The notes beneath the pieces were generated by a model. The model was not told where the DNA came from, searched no databases, and saw only the letters and a list, made by a program, of their open reading frames with translations. From Candidatus Multivorans sp. (GTDB lineage Bacteria > Acidobacteriota > Thermoanaerobaculia > Multivoradales > Multivoraceae), in NCBI GenBank assembly GCA_965224025.1, contig OZ245033.1, positions 4,672,001 to 4,736,000 of the forward strand: 64,000 bases of DNA, read 5' to 3'. Positions 48,501-57,551 of this stretch are shown piece by piece (the stretch's first letter is position 1; each line of letters begins with the position of its first letter). Both the position numbers and the translations under genes were made by a program.

Positions 48501-49640
48501 GACGACCGGGGCCATTTCGCTGTCCGCCAAACGGACTCTCTTGAGCAACGGCGCCGCCTCCTCCGCGAAGAGGCCGCCGTTGTAGGGCGGCAACCCGATC
48601 GACGGATCGCCGCCATCGATCTGCCGGAACAGCTCCATGAGGCGGTTGTAGTAGTTGCTCGCCGTGCTCGAGAACGTGTCTCGCTCGCGCCACCTCGTCG
48701 CAATGTCGTCGCGGACCCGCGCGCGCAGGCCGTAGTCGTCGTATCGCGAGTCGTTCACGGGCAGCAGGCCGCGGTCCTCGGCGTAGAGCACGAACAGCAG
48801 GCGATACAGGAAGATCAGGCCGGCATTCCGGATCTCCTGCAGGTCGGCTTCCGGCGCCTGAGCGGCCAGGGCGTTCAGCAGCCGCGGGAACACATCGCCG
48901 AACACGACCTGGGAAAGGTCCTTGGCCGCACTCTCCTCGTACCGCTTCCCCTCGGCGATCGCCAGGTCGACGAAGCTCGCTCTGGCACCCGCCCGCCGAC
49001 CGAACGCATCCTGCCCAAAGAGCAGGAGGAAGCTCCTCAGGGCGTCTTCGTCCCCACTCTCGAGGACCGCGCCCAGGTCCACCTCGAAGTAGCCGCTCGC
49101 ACGCGGGCGAGCCTCGTGGTCGTAGAGCCTCCAGACGCGGCCGTTCGTCAGAAGGCCCCTGCTGATGCGTCCATCCGAGACGCTGTAGGCGGTAGCCAGA
49201 TACCGGAGGATCTGGCCGTGCGGCGTGCCGAGCACGAAGCGGTCCGAGCGATCCCGCGCATCCAGGGGCAAGCCGAACCGCTTGCTCTCCTGGACGACAA
49301 GGGCATCCACATAGCGGTCGTCCGGGGCGGTCCGCTCGGCAGCGCGCCCTTTCGACTCGGAGTCCTCGAACAGCAGGTGGTCCGGGACATCCTCGCCACG
49401 CGCCGCTTCCTGCTGCGGCAGGTAGTCCGTCCATCCAAGCAACCGAAGAAGCGGCCTGATCAGCTCCTCCTCGGTCACCGCCTCGTTGGGCGCACTGAAG
49501 CGACTGATGCTGGCGAAGCGCTCAGCCACGCTGGCCCGGAATCCCGTGAGCGCCTCCGGTGTCCGGAGGGACTCCCGCCACTCGGGGGTCTCCTGAATGC
49601 CCTCGGTGAGGAAGTAGTGGGTGAAGAGTTGGCCCGTCAA
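45570..49640 (-). CDS. Type IIG restriction-modification enzyme (fused nuclease, N6-adenine methyltransferase, TRD)
   Basis: PD-(D/E)xK-like 'VPDHLLF...QESKR', 'LTNGRVWRLY', 'GSIYERLLE', 'SGSFYT', motif I 'DPAMGSG', motif IV 'NPPW'; probable TTG start at 49640. Confidence 0.9.
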   Translation of the reverse strand: MTGQLFTHYFLTEGIQETPEWRESLRTPEALTGFRASVAERFASISRFSAPNEAVTEEELIRPLLRLLGWTDYLPQQEAARGEDVPDHLLFEDSESKGRAAERTAPDDRYVDALVVQESKRFGLPLDARDRSDRFVLGTPHGQILRYLATAYSVSDGRISRGLLTNGRVWRLYDHEARPRASGYFEVDLGAVLESGDEDALRSFLLLFGQDAFGRRAGARASFVDLAIAEGKRYEESAAKDLSQVVFGDVFPRLLNALAAQAPEADLQEIRNAGLIFLYRLLFVLYAEDRGLLPVNDSRYDDYGLRARVRDDIATRWRERDTFSSTASNYYNRLMELFRQIDGGDPSIGLPPYNGGLFAEEAAPLLKRVRLADSEMAPVVFGLSHVAQGDAGRARFVNYRDMTVQQLGSIYERLLEREPARDSEGNVSIQLNRFARKDSGSFYTSQELVDLIVEQTLKPLAEERLRAFEAKSVDLKSERRPKADRVAELLQIDPAEAVLDLKVLDPAMGSGHFLVTAVDFLSDYVSELIEYVPAVPDWLGEAYESPLVGRIARIREGILQRAAESDWVIDEVRLTDQAIIRRMVLKRCIYGVDKNRLTVELAKVSLWLHSFTVGAPLSFLDHHLRCGDSLVGLRVGDGTDELRRLGGLIASSAIQGAENAVAGMELIEEMSDADVAEARESARLFEGVDQATSELRRVLDFLCSLRWLTAGLKKKQRNEFETRGLLEVIGAFPGEAYSLLAEGPGAIDTTSASSDDAGLSRFGELWRDARALAERETFLHWEVAFPGVWRHWQRRSPEGGFDAVIGNPPWDRIKLQEVEWFATRDPELARAPTAAQRRIGIKKLRDRGESLAAAFDEAKQRADSLLTLFRTSGDYPLLGRGDINLYSLFVERALNVLRPGGLMGLLVPSGIYADKTAAPFFQSVSTRGRVAGLFDFENRRLGTGLPPFFPDVDTRFKFCALVLGGDERSFAETRCGFFLDSVEDPSDAQRCFPLTPADFSRVNPNTGTAPVFRTRRDAEITRGIYERHRVLVDRSGGVERRAWPVRYKTMFHMTNDSHLFRTATELEAAGCYPVAGNRWKRGEEEWLPLHEGKMVQAFDHRAASIVVNPENLNRPAQPRVTTLADHADPAWSPDPQFWVAAGDVEWPEGLDWALAFKDVTAPTNVRTMIATLVPRSAVGNTLPLLMPDGARSAAAAAEALSLLAANFNSFVFDFVARQKVQGQHLNWFIVEQLPVLAGEDYERRFGNKTARDLVLDHALRLTYTARDMGPFANDLGYDGPPFAWDDEDRRHLRARLDALYFLLYGLSWEDADYVLGTFPIARRQDESRWGSYRTRDLVLTYINALAAGDTANRVSR

Positions 49641-49991
49641 CGGCTTCTCACTGGAACATCGGGGTGGACAACCGTGTCGTCGTCGCGCTTGCAGCCATGA
49701 AGGTTGGAGTCTAGGCCCTTGCACGCTGGAAGCAAGTCCGACGCATGGATCGGGCTCGTTGCCGACCCACTCTCTTCCGACTTCTTCCGCATGGTGACGC
49801 CACGGTCTCAGCGCCCTGGTCGGCCGTATCAAGGACGACGCTCACACACGTCCATTGCCTTGGATTTCCTTGGGTTCATCGATTCCTTTGTGATAGCTTT
49901 GTCATCTTCTCGGGAGGCCCCGAAGGGCCGGTTCGGCAGCCTCCGAAACGCGCCAATCTCACCGTCAGGTCCCAGCACGGATGGCAACAGA

Positions 49992-51491
49992 ATGATTGAC
50001 AAAGAAACCGGCATGAGCACCAAGGAGCGCATGGGCGAGGAGATCGCCACGCTCGCAGCGCGCATCGACGCGGCCACCTACGAGCTGCTCGTCCTGATCC
50101 GCAAGTTCGATGAGGAGGAAGGCTGGAACTGCGGCTTCCTCAGTTGCGTGCACTGGCTGACCTGGCGCATCGGCCTGGCGCCCAACGCGGCTCGGGAGCG
50201 CGTGCGGGTCGCCCGGGCACTCGGCGAACTACCGCTGATGAGCAGGGCGATGAAGCGGGGCGAGCTCTCGTACTCGAAAGTGAGGGCGTTGACCCGCGTC
50301 GCGCGGCCAGACACGGAGGAGGAACTGGTCGAACTGGCAAGGGCGGCAACGGCGGCACAGATCGAACGGGTCGTCAGGGCGTGGCGCAGGATCGACCGTT
50401 CAGTCGAAGCCGCGGAGGACGAACTGCGCGACGCGTCGAGCCATGTAGCGACCCACATCGACGAGAACGGCATGTTCGTGATTCGCGGGCGTCTGGCGCC
50501 GGAAGCAGGCGAGGTGCTCATGAAGGCGCTCAACGCGGCAGGCGAAAAGCTCTATGCCGAGCAGCGGGAGGATCGCCCGTCTGCTGGCAAGGTTCGCGCG
50601 GACGCTCTTGCTCTCGTTGCCGAAAGCGCGCTCAAGGGCGGTCTCGATCCGGGGTCGAGCGGCGACCGCTACCAGGTCGTAGTTCATGTGAGCGAGGAAG
50701 AGCTGAGCGTTCCTGAGAAGGCGCCCGCCGTTGGGTGCACGCCCTGTGTTTCCGCGGAAACGCCCGCGGCACGCGTTTCCGCGGAAACGCCGTCGACGCA
50801 CGCGCAGGAACATGCTGCCGCGATGGCTGAAGCCGAACACGTTTCCGCGGAAGCGCCTGCCGGTTTCCAACCGGCGAACGGCCGGTCTTCGCCCCACGGC
50901 GCTTGGCTCGGCAACTCCCACATCCCTGTTTCCGCGGAAACAGCCCGGCGCATTGCCTGCGACGCCGGCAAAGTCCGGATCACTCACCGATCGGGCCAGA
51001 TCCTGAGCGTCGGCCGCAAGAGGCGCACCATTCCACCCCCGATCCGGCGTGCCCTCGAGTTCCGCGACCAGGGTTGCCGCTTCCCCGGCTGCAGATCGCA
51101 GCATTGCGACGCTCACCACATCGTCCACTGGGCCGACGGCGGCGAAACGAAGCTCTCCAACCTCGTACTTCTTTGTCGCCGGCACCACCGCCTGCTTCAC
51201 GAAGGGGGCTTCAGCGTGAAGATGAACGACGAACGCGCCGTCCACTTCCTCGACAAACGTGGTCGACCACTGGAGCACAGCCCGGCACCGCCACCTGTTG
51301 GCTCGTACCCCGCCCGCGAGCTGATCCGCAGCCTGGAGGACGCCGGCATCCTGATCACCGGAAAGGAGTCCATGCCCGCTTGGGACGGCACACCGATGGA
51401 CCTGCCTTACGTGATGGAGTGCTTGTGGCGGCCGCCACCCCACCTCGAAGCAGCGGTCGCCCGGGAACGAAACACATCGCACGCGGCGTAG
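49992..51491 (+). CDS. DUF222 + HNH endonuclease protein
   Basis: 'ARERVRVARAL..LP', 'GELSYSKVRALTR', 'ETARRIACD', 'RDQGCRFPGC', 'DAHHIVHWADGGET.LSNLVLLCRRHHRLLH'. Confidence 0.9.
   Translation: MIDKETGMSTKERMGEEIATLAARIDAATYELLVLIRKFDEEEGWNCGFLSCVHWLTWRIGLAPNAARERVRVARALGELPLMSRAMKRGELSYSKVRALTRVARPDTEEELVELARAATAAQIERVVRAWRRIDRSVEAAEDELRDASSHVATHIDENGMFVIRGRLAPEAGEVLMKALNAAGEKLYAEQREDRPSAGKVRADALALVAESALKGGLDPGSSGDRYQVVVHVSEEELSVPEKAPAVGCTPCVSAETPAARVSAETPSTHAQEHAAAMAEAEHVSAEAPAGFQPANGRSSPHGAWLGNSHIPVSAETARRIACDAGKVRITHRSGQILSVGRKRRTIPPPIRRALEFRDQGCRFPGCRSQHCDAHHIVHWADGGETKLSNLVLLCRRHHRLLHEGGFSVKMNDERAVHFLDKRGRPLEHSPAPPPVGSYPARELIRSLEDAGILITGKESMPAWDGTPMDLPYVMECLWRPPPHLEAAVARERNTSHAA
50748..50941. 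repeat. Four copies of the 14-bp palindrome GTTTCCGCGGAAAC (VSAET) inside the DUF222 gene
   Basis: Copies at 50748, 50775, 50841 (one mismatch) and 50928. Confidence 0.9.
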
Positions 51492-51611
51492 GGGCCGGCA
51501 GCTCGAAACGGAGGCCACCGACCGACCCAGGAGGCGGCCCGATAGCAGCACCAAGATGACCGGGACAGCCCTCGGCTCGCTCCGCCAGCGCGATAGCGTG
51601 GCAGGCGCGAC

Positions 51612-52539
51612 ATGGACGAGACGGCGGCGCCCGCTCAGGAGCGGTGGAAGCGATGGGGAGTTCGGGTTCTCCGGTTCCCGCTGACCCGGATCGTCCTCTT
51701 TGGCGTCGGTATCGCCGCGGCCGTCGCGCTACAGGGTCTGGCGGCCGCCGGGCTCAGCCTGTGGTTGGAAATCTCCTGGCTGCGCGTCGCGGTCGGAGTG
51801 GTCTTTCCCATCCTCGCCGTTCACTTCGCCTACCGTGGAATGACCCGTCTCCTGGAGCGACGGACTGCCGCGGAACTCTCCCTGAGCGGGGCACTGCGTG
51901 AAACCAGCGCGGGAGCTCTTATCGGCGCCGCCTGCTTGACGTCGGTCGTGGCGCTCATCGCGGCGCTTGGCTTCTACCAGGTGCAAGGAGTCGGCGCCTG
52001 GACCGCCCTGCTGACCGCGTTCGCCATCGCCGCCGTGTCCGGCTATGTCGAGGAGGTGATCTTCCGGGGTGTGGTGTTCCGGATTCTCGAAGAGGGGCTC
52101 GGGAACATGGTTGGCCCTCACCATCTCGGCAGCGCTGTTTGGTCTTGTACACCTGAGCAATCCGAACGCGACCCTCTACGGCGCCGCGGCGATCGGTATC
52201 GAAGCGGGCGTGCTGCTCGGCGCCGCCTACGTCCTGACCCGGCGACTCTGGCTCGCGATCGGCATCCACTTCGCATGGAACTTCATGCAGGCGGGCGTGT
52301 TCGGCCCGAATCTCTCCGGCATCCAGGTACAGAGCGTTCTCCAATCCCGGCTGAGCGGACCCGACTTCCTCTCCGGCGGCGCTCTCGGCGTAGAGGGTTC
52401 CGTGTTCGCCATTGCCGTGTGCCTGCTGGTGAGCGTCGTCTTCCTGAGGCGGGCACGGCGTCAGGGCCGATTCATCCGACCCTTCTGGCGGCGAGAAGCG
52501 ACCCTGCCGCCGCCAATCGGCGAACCCACCGACAGTTAG
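51612..52539 (+). pseudogene. CPBP/Abi family intramembrane glutamic protease, frameshifted
   Basis: 'EEVIFRG' in one frame; 'FGLVH', 'IGIHFAWN', 'G.EGS' in the next; extra G at 52101-52103. Confidence 0.8.
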
Positions 52540-52548
52540 AGTCTCGAA

Positions 52549-53295
52549 GTGCACCAGTCGGTGACAAGGACTGGATTGGGCGCCATCTACCGGTTCCATC
52601 TCTCTTCCGGCGCGCGGGTCGCCCTCGGCCTGGCGATGTTCCAGTTGGTGCTTCTGCTGGTTCTGCTGGCGTTGCAACCACCGGCGACGCGGGAGCTTCT
52701 GCTCAAGGGTCTTGCGGCCGGCGTCGCAACGCCCGAAGCGTTCTCCGCGTCCAGACTCGGATTCGCGGTCTGGGCGATCGTTGCTTCCGCCGCGGCGGCA
52801 CGGCGTCTGGCGCCGGCCCACCGGGGCTGGCAGCTTCACCTGCCCGTCGGCTGGCGAACGCGCTGGGCCGCCGGTTCTGGGCCTCGCGACGACCCTCGCC
52901 CACCTTGCCGGTTTGTGGATCCTTCTCTGGATTGGCGCCAGAGGGCTCGGTGAGCCGAGTTCGGTCCGCCCTCTGCTTGCTCTTCCATTGGTAGCCCTGG
53001 CCGCCGCGAGCGTATGGACGCCAGCACCAGGACGGGCGCGCGCTTGCGGTGCACTGGCGGTGCCGCTGGCGGCGAGCGCCTCCCCGCCAGGCCTCGTGGC
53101 GGCCATGACGCTTCTCGCACTGGCCTGTTTCCAGGCCGGACACTGGTCACCTCCCTCCACGCGAGTTCCGTCCCCTCCAATCTCCCTTCGCGGGCTCGGC
53201 CGGCGCATGCCCACCGGTCAACTCGTCCTCTCCTTGCGGGCCCTTGGGATATGGGTCGCGCTCCTTCACCTGCCGGCGGCCCTCTTCGCGGTTCC
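52549..53295 (+). pseudogene. Frameshifted, truncated membrane protein (probable ABC permease)
   Basis: Hydrophobic segments continue across two frames (shift near 52870) and end at the ABC ATPase fragment. Confidence 0.5.
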
Positions 53296-53775
53296 GACCT
53301 GTGGCGGCGGAAAGTCGCGGCCCGCTCCGACCTGGCGTTCGTTCCCCAGGAACCCGATGTCACCCCGTTCGCGACCATTCGCGAGGTCCTCCGCCCCGTC
53401 TGCCGTCTGAGATCGGAGCCCGCGGAGCGCGTCGAGGAAGTCCTGGCCGAAACGAATCTCGAGGCTGAAGCCGACCTCTCCGTGCGCGAGCTGTCCCGAG
53501 GCCAATGCCGTCGAGTTCTCTTGGCCGCCGCCTGGGTCGGAACGCCGCGCACAGTGGTCCTGGATGAACCGCTCGACGCGATGGACGAACACTGGAGAAA
53601 CCGCATCCACGAGTGGCTTGCCGCGCTCCGAGAGACCGGTGGCCTGGCGCTCGTCGCAACCCACGAAGCCGAGTCGCTGGCAGAACTCGCCGACCGCTTT
53701 CTCGTTCTGCGCGACGGCGAGATCCGGGAACTCGATTCGCTGCCCGGAACGGGTACAATCTGGAGGACACCATGA
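53295..53775 (+). pseudogene. 5'-truncated ABC transporter ATP-binding protein
   Basis: Q-loop 'FVPQEP', signature 'LSRGQ', Walker B 'VLDEP', 'VATH'; no Walker A or start. Confidence 0.75.
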
Positions 53776-54203
53776 AGAATCCACCTGAAGGCTGGCCGAG
53801 AATCTCGTCCGCCCTCTTCTACGATGACGCGACGGCCGCGATCGACTGGCTGACCCGCGCGTTCGGATTCGCGGTGCAGGAGCGGGTCGAGGACGAGCAG
53901 GGGAGAATCGTCCATTCGCAGCTCGTCCTGGACGGCGGTCTCATCATAGTCGGACAGACGGGTCTGCAACCCGACCGGGCGTACCAGCAATCTCCACAGG
54001 CGGTCGGCGGCGCGAACACACAGTCGCTGGCCGTGTACGTCGACGACGCCGACGCGCACTGCGAGCGGGCGCGGGCGGCCGGCGCCGCGATCACGATCGA
54101 GCCGGCGACCCAGGACTACGGCGAGGGCTACTGGGTCGACCGGAGCTACGGCGCCCGGGACCCTGAGGGACACCATTGGTGGTTCCTCCAGCGCCTGCGC
54201 TGA
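53772..54203 (+). CDS. VOC (glyoxalase/bleomycin resistance) family protein
   Basis: GGAGG RBS; 'AAIDWLTRAFGF', 'VYVDDADAH', 'ARDPEGHHW'. Confidence 0.9.
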   Translation: MKNPPEGWPRISSALFYDDATAAIDWLTRAFGFAVQERVEDEQGRIVHSQLVLDGGLIIVGQTGLQPDRAYQQSPQAVGGANTQSLAVYVDDADAHCERARAAGAAITIEPATQDYGEGYWVDRSYGARDPEGHHWWFLQRLR

Positions 54204-54212
54204 CGCCACCCC

Positions 54213-55373
54213 TCACTCCGGCTCCACGCCCTCGTTCAGGATCCTCCGGTACTCGCTGTAGACGTACACGCGGTTCCGGCTGAAGCCGGTGATCTCCCGG
54301 ACGAGGCCCGCGCGTTCCAGGAGTCTCAGAGCAGCGGAAACGGCCGGGAACGACAGGCCGGTGCGTCTGCACGTCTCGGGAATTGAGAGAATCGGTCGTT
54401 CCTGCAGGGCCTCGTGGACGCGGAGCGCTGAACCGGCGCGGCGGCCCTCGGTCGCGAGACGTTGCCGGTCGGCCGTGAACCGCTCGGTGAGACGACCGAC
54501 GGTGGCGGCGGCGTTCTCAGCCGTTTCCTGCACGCCTTGGAGGAAGAACGCCAGCCAGGCCTCCCAATCGCCCGCGTGCCGGACACCGTCGAGCAATTCG
54601 TAGTAGCGCTCTCGGTGGCGCTTGAAGTAGACGCTGAGGTAGAGGAGCGGCTGGCGCAGCAAACCCGCCTCGCACAGCAGCAAGGTGATCAGCAGACGGC
54701 CCACGCGGCCGTTGCCGTCAAGGAACGGGTGAATCGTCTCGAACTGGACGTGGGCCAAACCGGCCCGTACCAGCGTCGGCAAGCCGTCGTCCTCCGAGTG
54801 GAAGAAGCGCTCCAGGTCCGCCATGCAGTCGGGCACGGCCAAGTGGGGCGGCGGCACGAAGACGGCGTTGCCCGGGCGCGTACCGCCGATCCAGGTTTGG
54901 GAGCGGCGGAACTCACCCGGATCCTTGCCGGCGGCGCGCCCGGCGGACAGCAGGATGCGGTGCAGCTCCCGGATCAGGCGGTTCGAGAGCGGGAAGTCCT
55001 TACGCAACCGCCGCAGCCCATGTTCCAGGGCAGCGACGTAGCGCGAGACTTCAGCCGCATCTTCGCGCGGCACCCCCGGAGCCTGGTCGAGTTCGAACAG
55101 CAGGAGGTCAGAGAGCGACGACCGGGTACCCTCGATCTGGGACGACAGCACCGCCTCCTTGCGGACGTAGGAGTAGACGAAAAGTGTCGGTTCCAGGAGT
55201 TGATTGGCTCCCTCCAGTCGCCCTAGGGCGAGACTGGCGGCCTCCAGGGAACGCAGAAGAGGGCCTTCCAGGTTGAGCGGCGGCGTTGGCGGCAACGGTG
55301 CCGGAATGAAGGCGCGCACCGGCTCGCCTCCCGTGGCGGTAACCTCGTATCGGCCCTGCATTGGACGTCTCAT
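54213..55373 (-). CDS. Fic family protein with Fic_N and C-terminal HTH
   Basis: 'EAVLSSQIEG', canonical 'HPFLDGNGRVGR'. Confidence 0.93.
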   Translation of the reverse strand: MRRPMQGRYEVTATGGEPVRAFIPAPLPPTPPLNLEGPLLRSLEAASLALGRLEGANQLLEPTLFVYSYVRKEAVLSSQIEGTRSSLSDLLLFELDQAPGVPREDAAEVSRYVAALEHGLRRLRKDFPLSNRLIRELHRILLSAGRAAGKDPGEFRRSQTWIGGTRPGNAVFVPPPHLAVPDCMADLERFFHSEDDGLPTLVRAGLAHVQFETIHPFLDGNGRVGRLLITLLLCEAGLLRQPLLYLSVYFKRHRERYYELLDGVRHAGDWEAWLAFFLQGVQETAENAAATVGRLTERFTADRQRLATEGRRAGSALRVHEALQERPILSIPETCRRTGLSFPAVSAALRLLERAGLVREITGFSRNRVYVYSEYRRILNEGVEPE

Positions 55374-55563
55374 CGGTGCACCCTTCCTCTTCTTATGAAG
55401 AGTTATCCCCTAAGTCTTACCACAGAGCGGAGACTCCGGTCCTTGTGCAGGAACTTTGAATAAAGCGGCACCGGGGAACAGCAGACCCTGTTCGACAGGT
55501 TCCCTCTTACAGCGTCACCGCAACCTGACGCGGTACTCTCAACGGACCTCGGAGGCTGAACCC

Positions 55564-56526
55564 ATGTTCGACACGCGACCCGCCCTGCTTGCGATGGAGT
55601 TTCCGCCGCTCCGTCGCCGGCGCATCGCCACCTTGCAGGTGAACCTCGGTTACCGTTGCAACCTGAGTTGCGTTCATTGTCACGTCAATGCCGGGCCTCA
55701 CCGCACGGAGATGATGTCGACCGCCATCGTGGACGAGGTGATCGCGGCGCTTGACCGGCTGGACATCGAGACACTCGATCTCACCGGCGGAGCGCCGGAG
55801 CTGCATCCCGAGTTTCGCCGCCTGGCGAGGGAGGCGCGCCGGCGCGACATCGAGGTGATCGACCGTTGCAACCTGACGGTGCTGTTCGAGCCGGGCCAGG
55901 AGACCCTGGCCGCCTTCCTGGCCCGGGAAGGCATTACCGTGGTGGCCTCCCTGCCCTGCTACCTCGAGGAGAACGTCGAACAGCAGCGCGGCAAGGGCGT
56001 GTACGGGGACAGCATCCGGGCTCTCAAGCTGCTGAACGACCTCGGCTACGGACAGGACGACGCGCGGCGGCTCCACCTAGTCTTCAATCCCGTGGGCGCC
56101 GTGCTGCCGCCGCCGCAGGCGGAACTGGAGTCAGCCTACAAGCGCGAACTCCAGGAACGGTTCGGCGTCGTGTTCGACCAGCTCTTCGTGCTCACCAACA
56201 TGCCCATCAACCGCTTCGGCGCCGTCCTGACGGCGCAGGGCAAGCTGGACGACTACATGGCGCTGCTGCGGGACAACCACAGCGCCGGAAACCTACCGAC
56301 CGTCATGTGCCGCGACACGATCAGCGTCGACTGGCAGGGCAATCTGTACGACTGCGACTTCAACCAGATGCTGGGGCTTCCGGCCAGGGTGGACGGCCGA
56401 CCCGCGCGCCTCGCCGATCTCGTCCGGGGCGGACCGCTCGAGAAAGCCTGTATCGCCACGGCCGGGCACTGCTTCGGCTGCACCGCCGGCCAGGGCAGTA
56501 GCTGCACCGGCGCTCTGGACGGCTGA
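55564..56526 (+). CDS. arsS: Radical SAM protein of the arsenosugar biosynthesis ArsS family (DUF3641)
   Basis: 'TLQVNLGYRCNLSCVHCHV.AGP.RTE', 'DLTGGAPE', 'YDCDFNQML', 'HCFGCTAGQGSSC'. Confidence 0.9.
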   Translation: MFDTRPALLAMEFPPLRRRRIATLQVNLGYRCNLSCVHCHVNAGPHRTEMMSTAIVDEVIAALDRLDIETLDLTGGAPELHPEFRRLAREARRRDIEVIDRCNLTVLFEPGQETLAAFLAREGITVVASLPCYLEENVEQQRGKGVYGDSIRALKLLNDLGYGQDDARRLHLVFNPVGAVLPPPQAELESAYKRELQERFGVVFDQLFVLTNMPINRFGAVLTAQGKLDDYMALLRDNHSAGNLPTVMCRDTISVDWQGNLYDCDFNQMLGLPARVDGRPARLADLVRGGPLEKACIATAGHCFGCTAGQGSSCTGALDG

Positions 56527-56666
56527 CTGCCGGCCGTTGTCCTGCCGCCTCGCGGCCTCCCCGCAGCGGCGAACGCCACGGCAAGTGGGTTCCCATTTAC
56601 GCCCTAGTTGCGCTATGCTGCTCTCTTCCCACTCTCCCACTTCTCGCGTTCCGCGTCCTCGGCGCC

Positions 56667-57551
56667 GTGACTTCCCTGCCCGCAGCTCTCGCCGACCCGC
56701 AGTGGCCGCGGTCGCTCGTGCGCCAAATCCGGCGCGGGCGGGAGCTGGTGGGCGACAGTCCCGCGATCAGAATCCAGGAGACGGACGCCGGACTGTTCAC
56801 CACGCGGCTCCGCGGTGTCGACCGGTTGCTCAGCGGCGGGATCCGTCGCGGGCAGACGGTCGAACTGGTCGGCCCCGGGAGCAGCGGCCGCTTCTCCCTG
56901 GTGCTGGAACTCCTGGCCGGCGCCACCCAGAGCGGTGAATCGGCGGCGCTGGTCGATCTGGGAGATCACTTCGATCCGCAGGCAGCGGCCAAGGCCGGGA
57001 TCGTCCTTGAACGGCTGCTCTGGGCGCGGCCCAAGCGACTGAAGCAGGCGCTGGGCAGCGCCGAAGTGCTGATCGGCGGCGGCTTTCCGTTGGTCGTGAT
57101 CGATCTCGGTCTGCCGCCGGTGCCAGGCGGCCGCGGCAAGGAGTCCGCGTGGTTGCGGCTGCGGCGCGCGGCGGAAGGCCATCAGGCCGCGCTGCTGATC
57201 GCCAGTCCGTACCGCGCCGGAGGCACGGCGCCGCAGAAGATCCTCGATCTGGGATCCCGAACGTCGCCGGTCCGGAATGCGGGCGAGACGCCCGCGTTCC
57301 CAGGGGGCGAGACGCCGCCGGTCCGCGCTCTCTGGGCGCGGGCCGCACCGAGGAGCCCGCGGTTGCTCGACGGACTCAGAACCCGCCTGAAGCTCGCCAA
57401 GTCGCGCGGCGCACGGCCGGGCGCCGCGACCGGCGTCGAACTGCGCGTTCTCGCCGGCAGCCTGCGGCGCCCCCTGCCCGTCGCGCCGCCCAGGCCGGCA
57501 GAGGGCAGCCGCGCCGGCTCGCCCGCCGAAGTGCTGAGACGTGCCGGCTAA
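56667..57551 (+). CDS. imuA: ImuA/RecA-like protein
   Basis: 'VDRLLSGGI.RG..VELVGPGSSGR', 'LERLLW.RP', 'LVVID'; overlaps the downstream Y-family gene. Confidence 0.75.
   Translation: MTSLPAALADPQWPRSLVRQIRRGRELVGDSPAIRIQETDAGLFTTRLRGVDRLLSGGIRRGQTVELVGPGSSGRFSLVLELLAGATQSGESAALVDLGDHFDPQAAAKAGIVLERLLWARPKRLKQALGSAEVLIGGGFPLVVIDLGLPPVPGGRGKESAWLRLRRAAEGHQAALLIASPYRAGGTAPQKILDLGSRTSPVRNAGETPAFPGGETPPVRALWARAAPRSPRLLDGLRTRLKLAKSRGARPGAATGVELRVLAGSLRRPLPVAPPRPAEGSRAGSPAEVLRRAG
57249..57325 (+). repeat. REP-like element inserted in-frame in the imuA-like gene
   Basis: ccggaatgcgggcgagacgcccgcgttcccagg, read as RNAGETPAFPG, followed by a partial second copy (GETPP). Confidence 0.8.

Noticed and set aside
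45570-49640. BREX or DISARM system
   Set aside because: No pglZ, brxC or drm helicase genes nearby; the enzyme stands alone as type IIG
50748-50941. Palindromic repeats read as a CRISPR array
   Set aside because: Repeats are only 14 bp, spacers are irregular, all lie within a CDS and no cas genes are present; kept as a separate finding
55564-56526. Selenocysteine in ArsS or in DUF3179 (7217-8671)
   Set aside because: The relevant positions are TGC Cys codons; the TGA stops fall at normal family C-termini
56527-56666. LexA box upstream of imuA
   Set aside because: GAAC and GTTC half-sites occur but not at a recognised spacing
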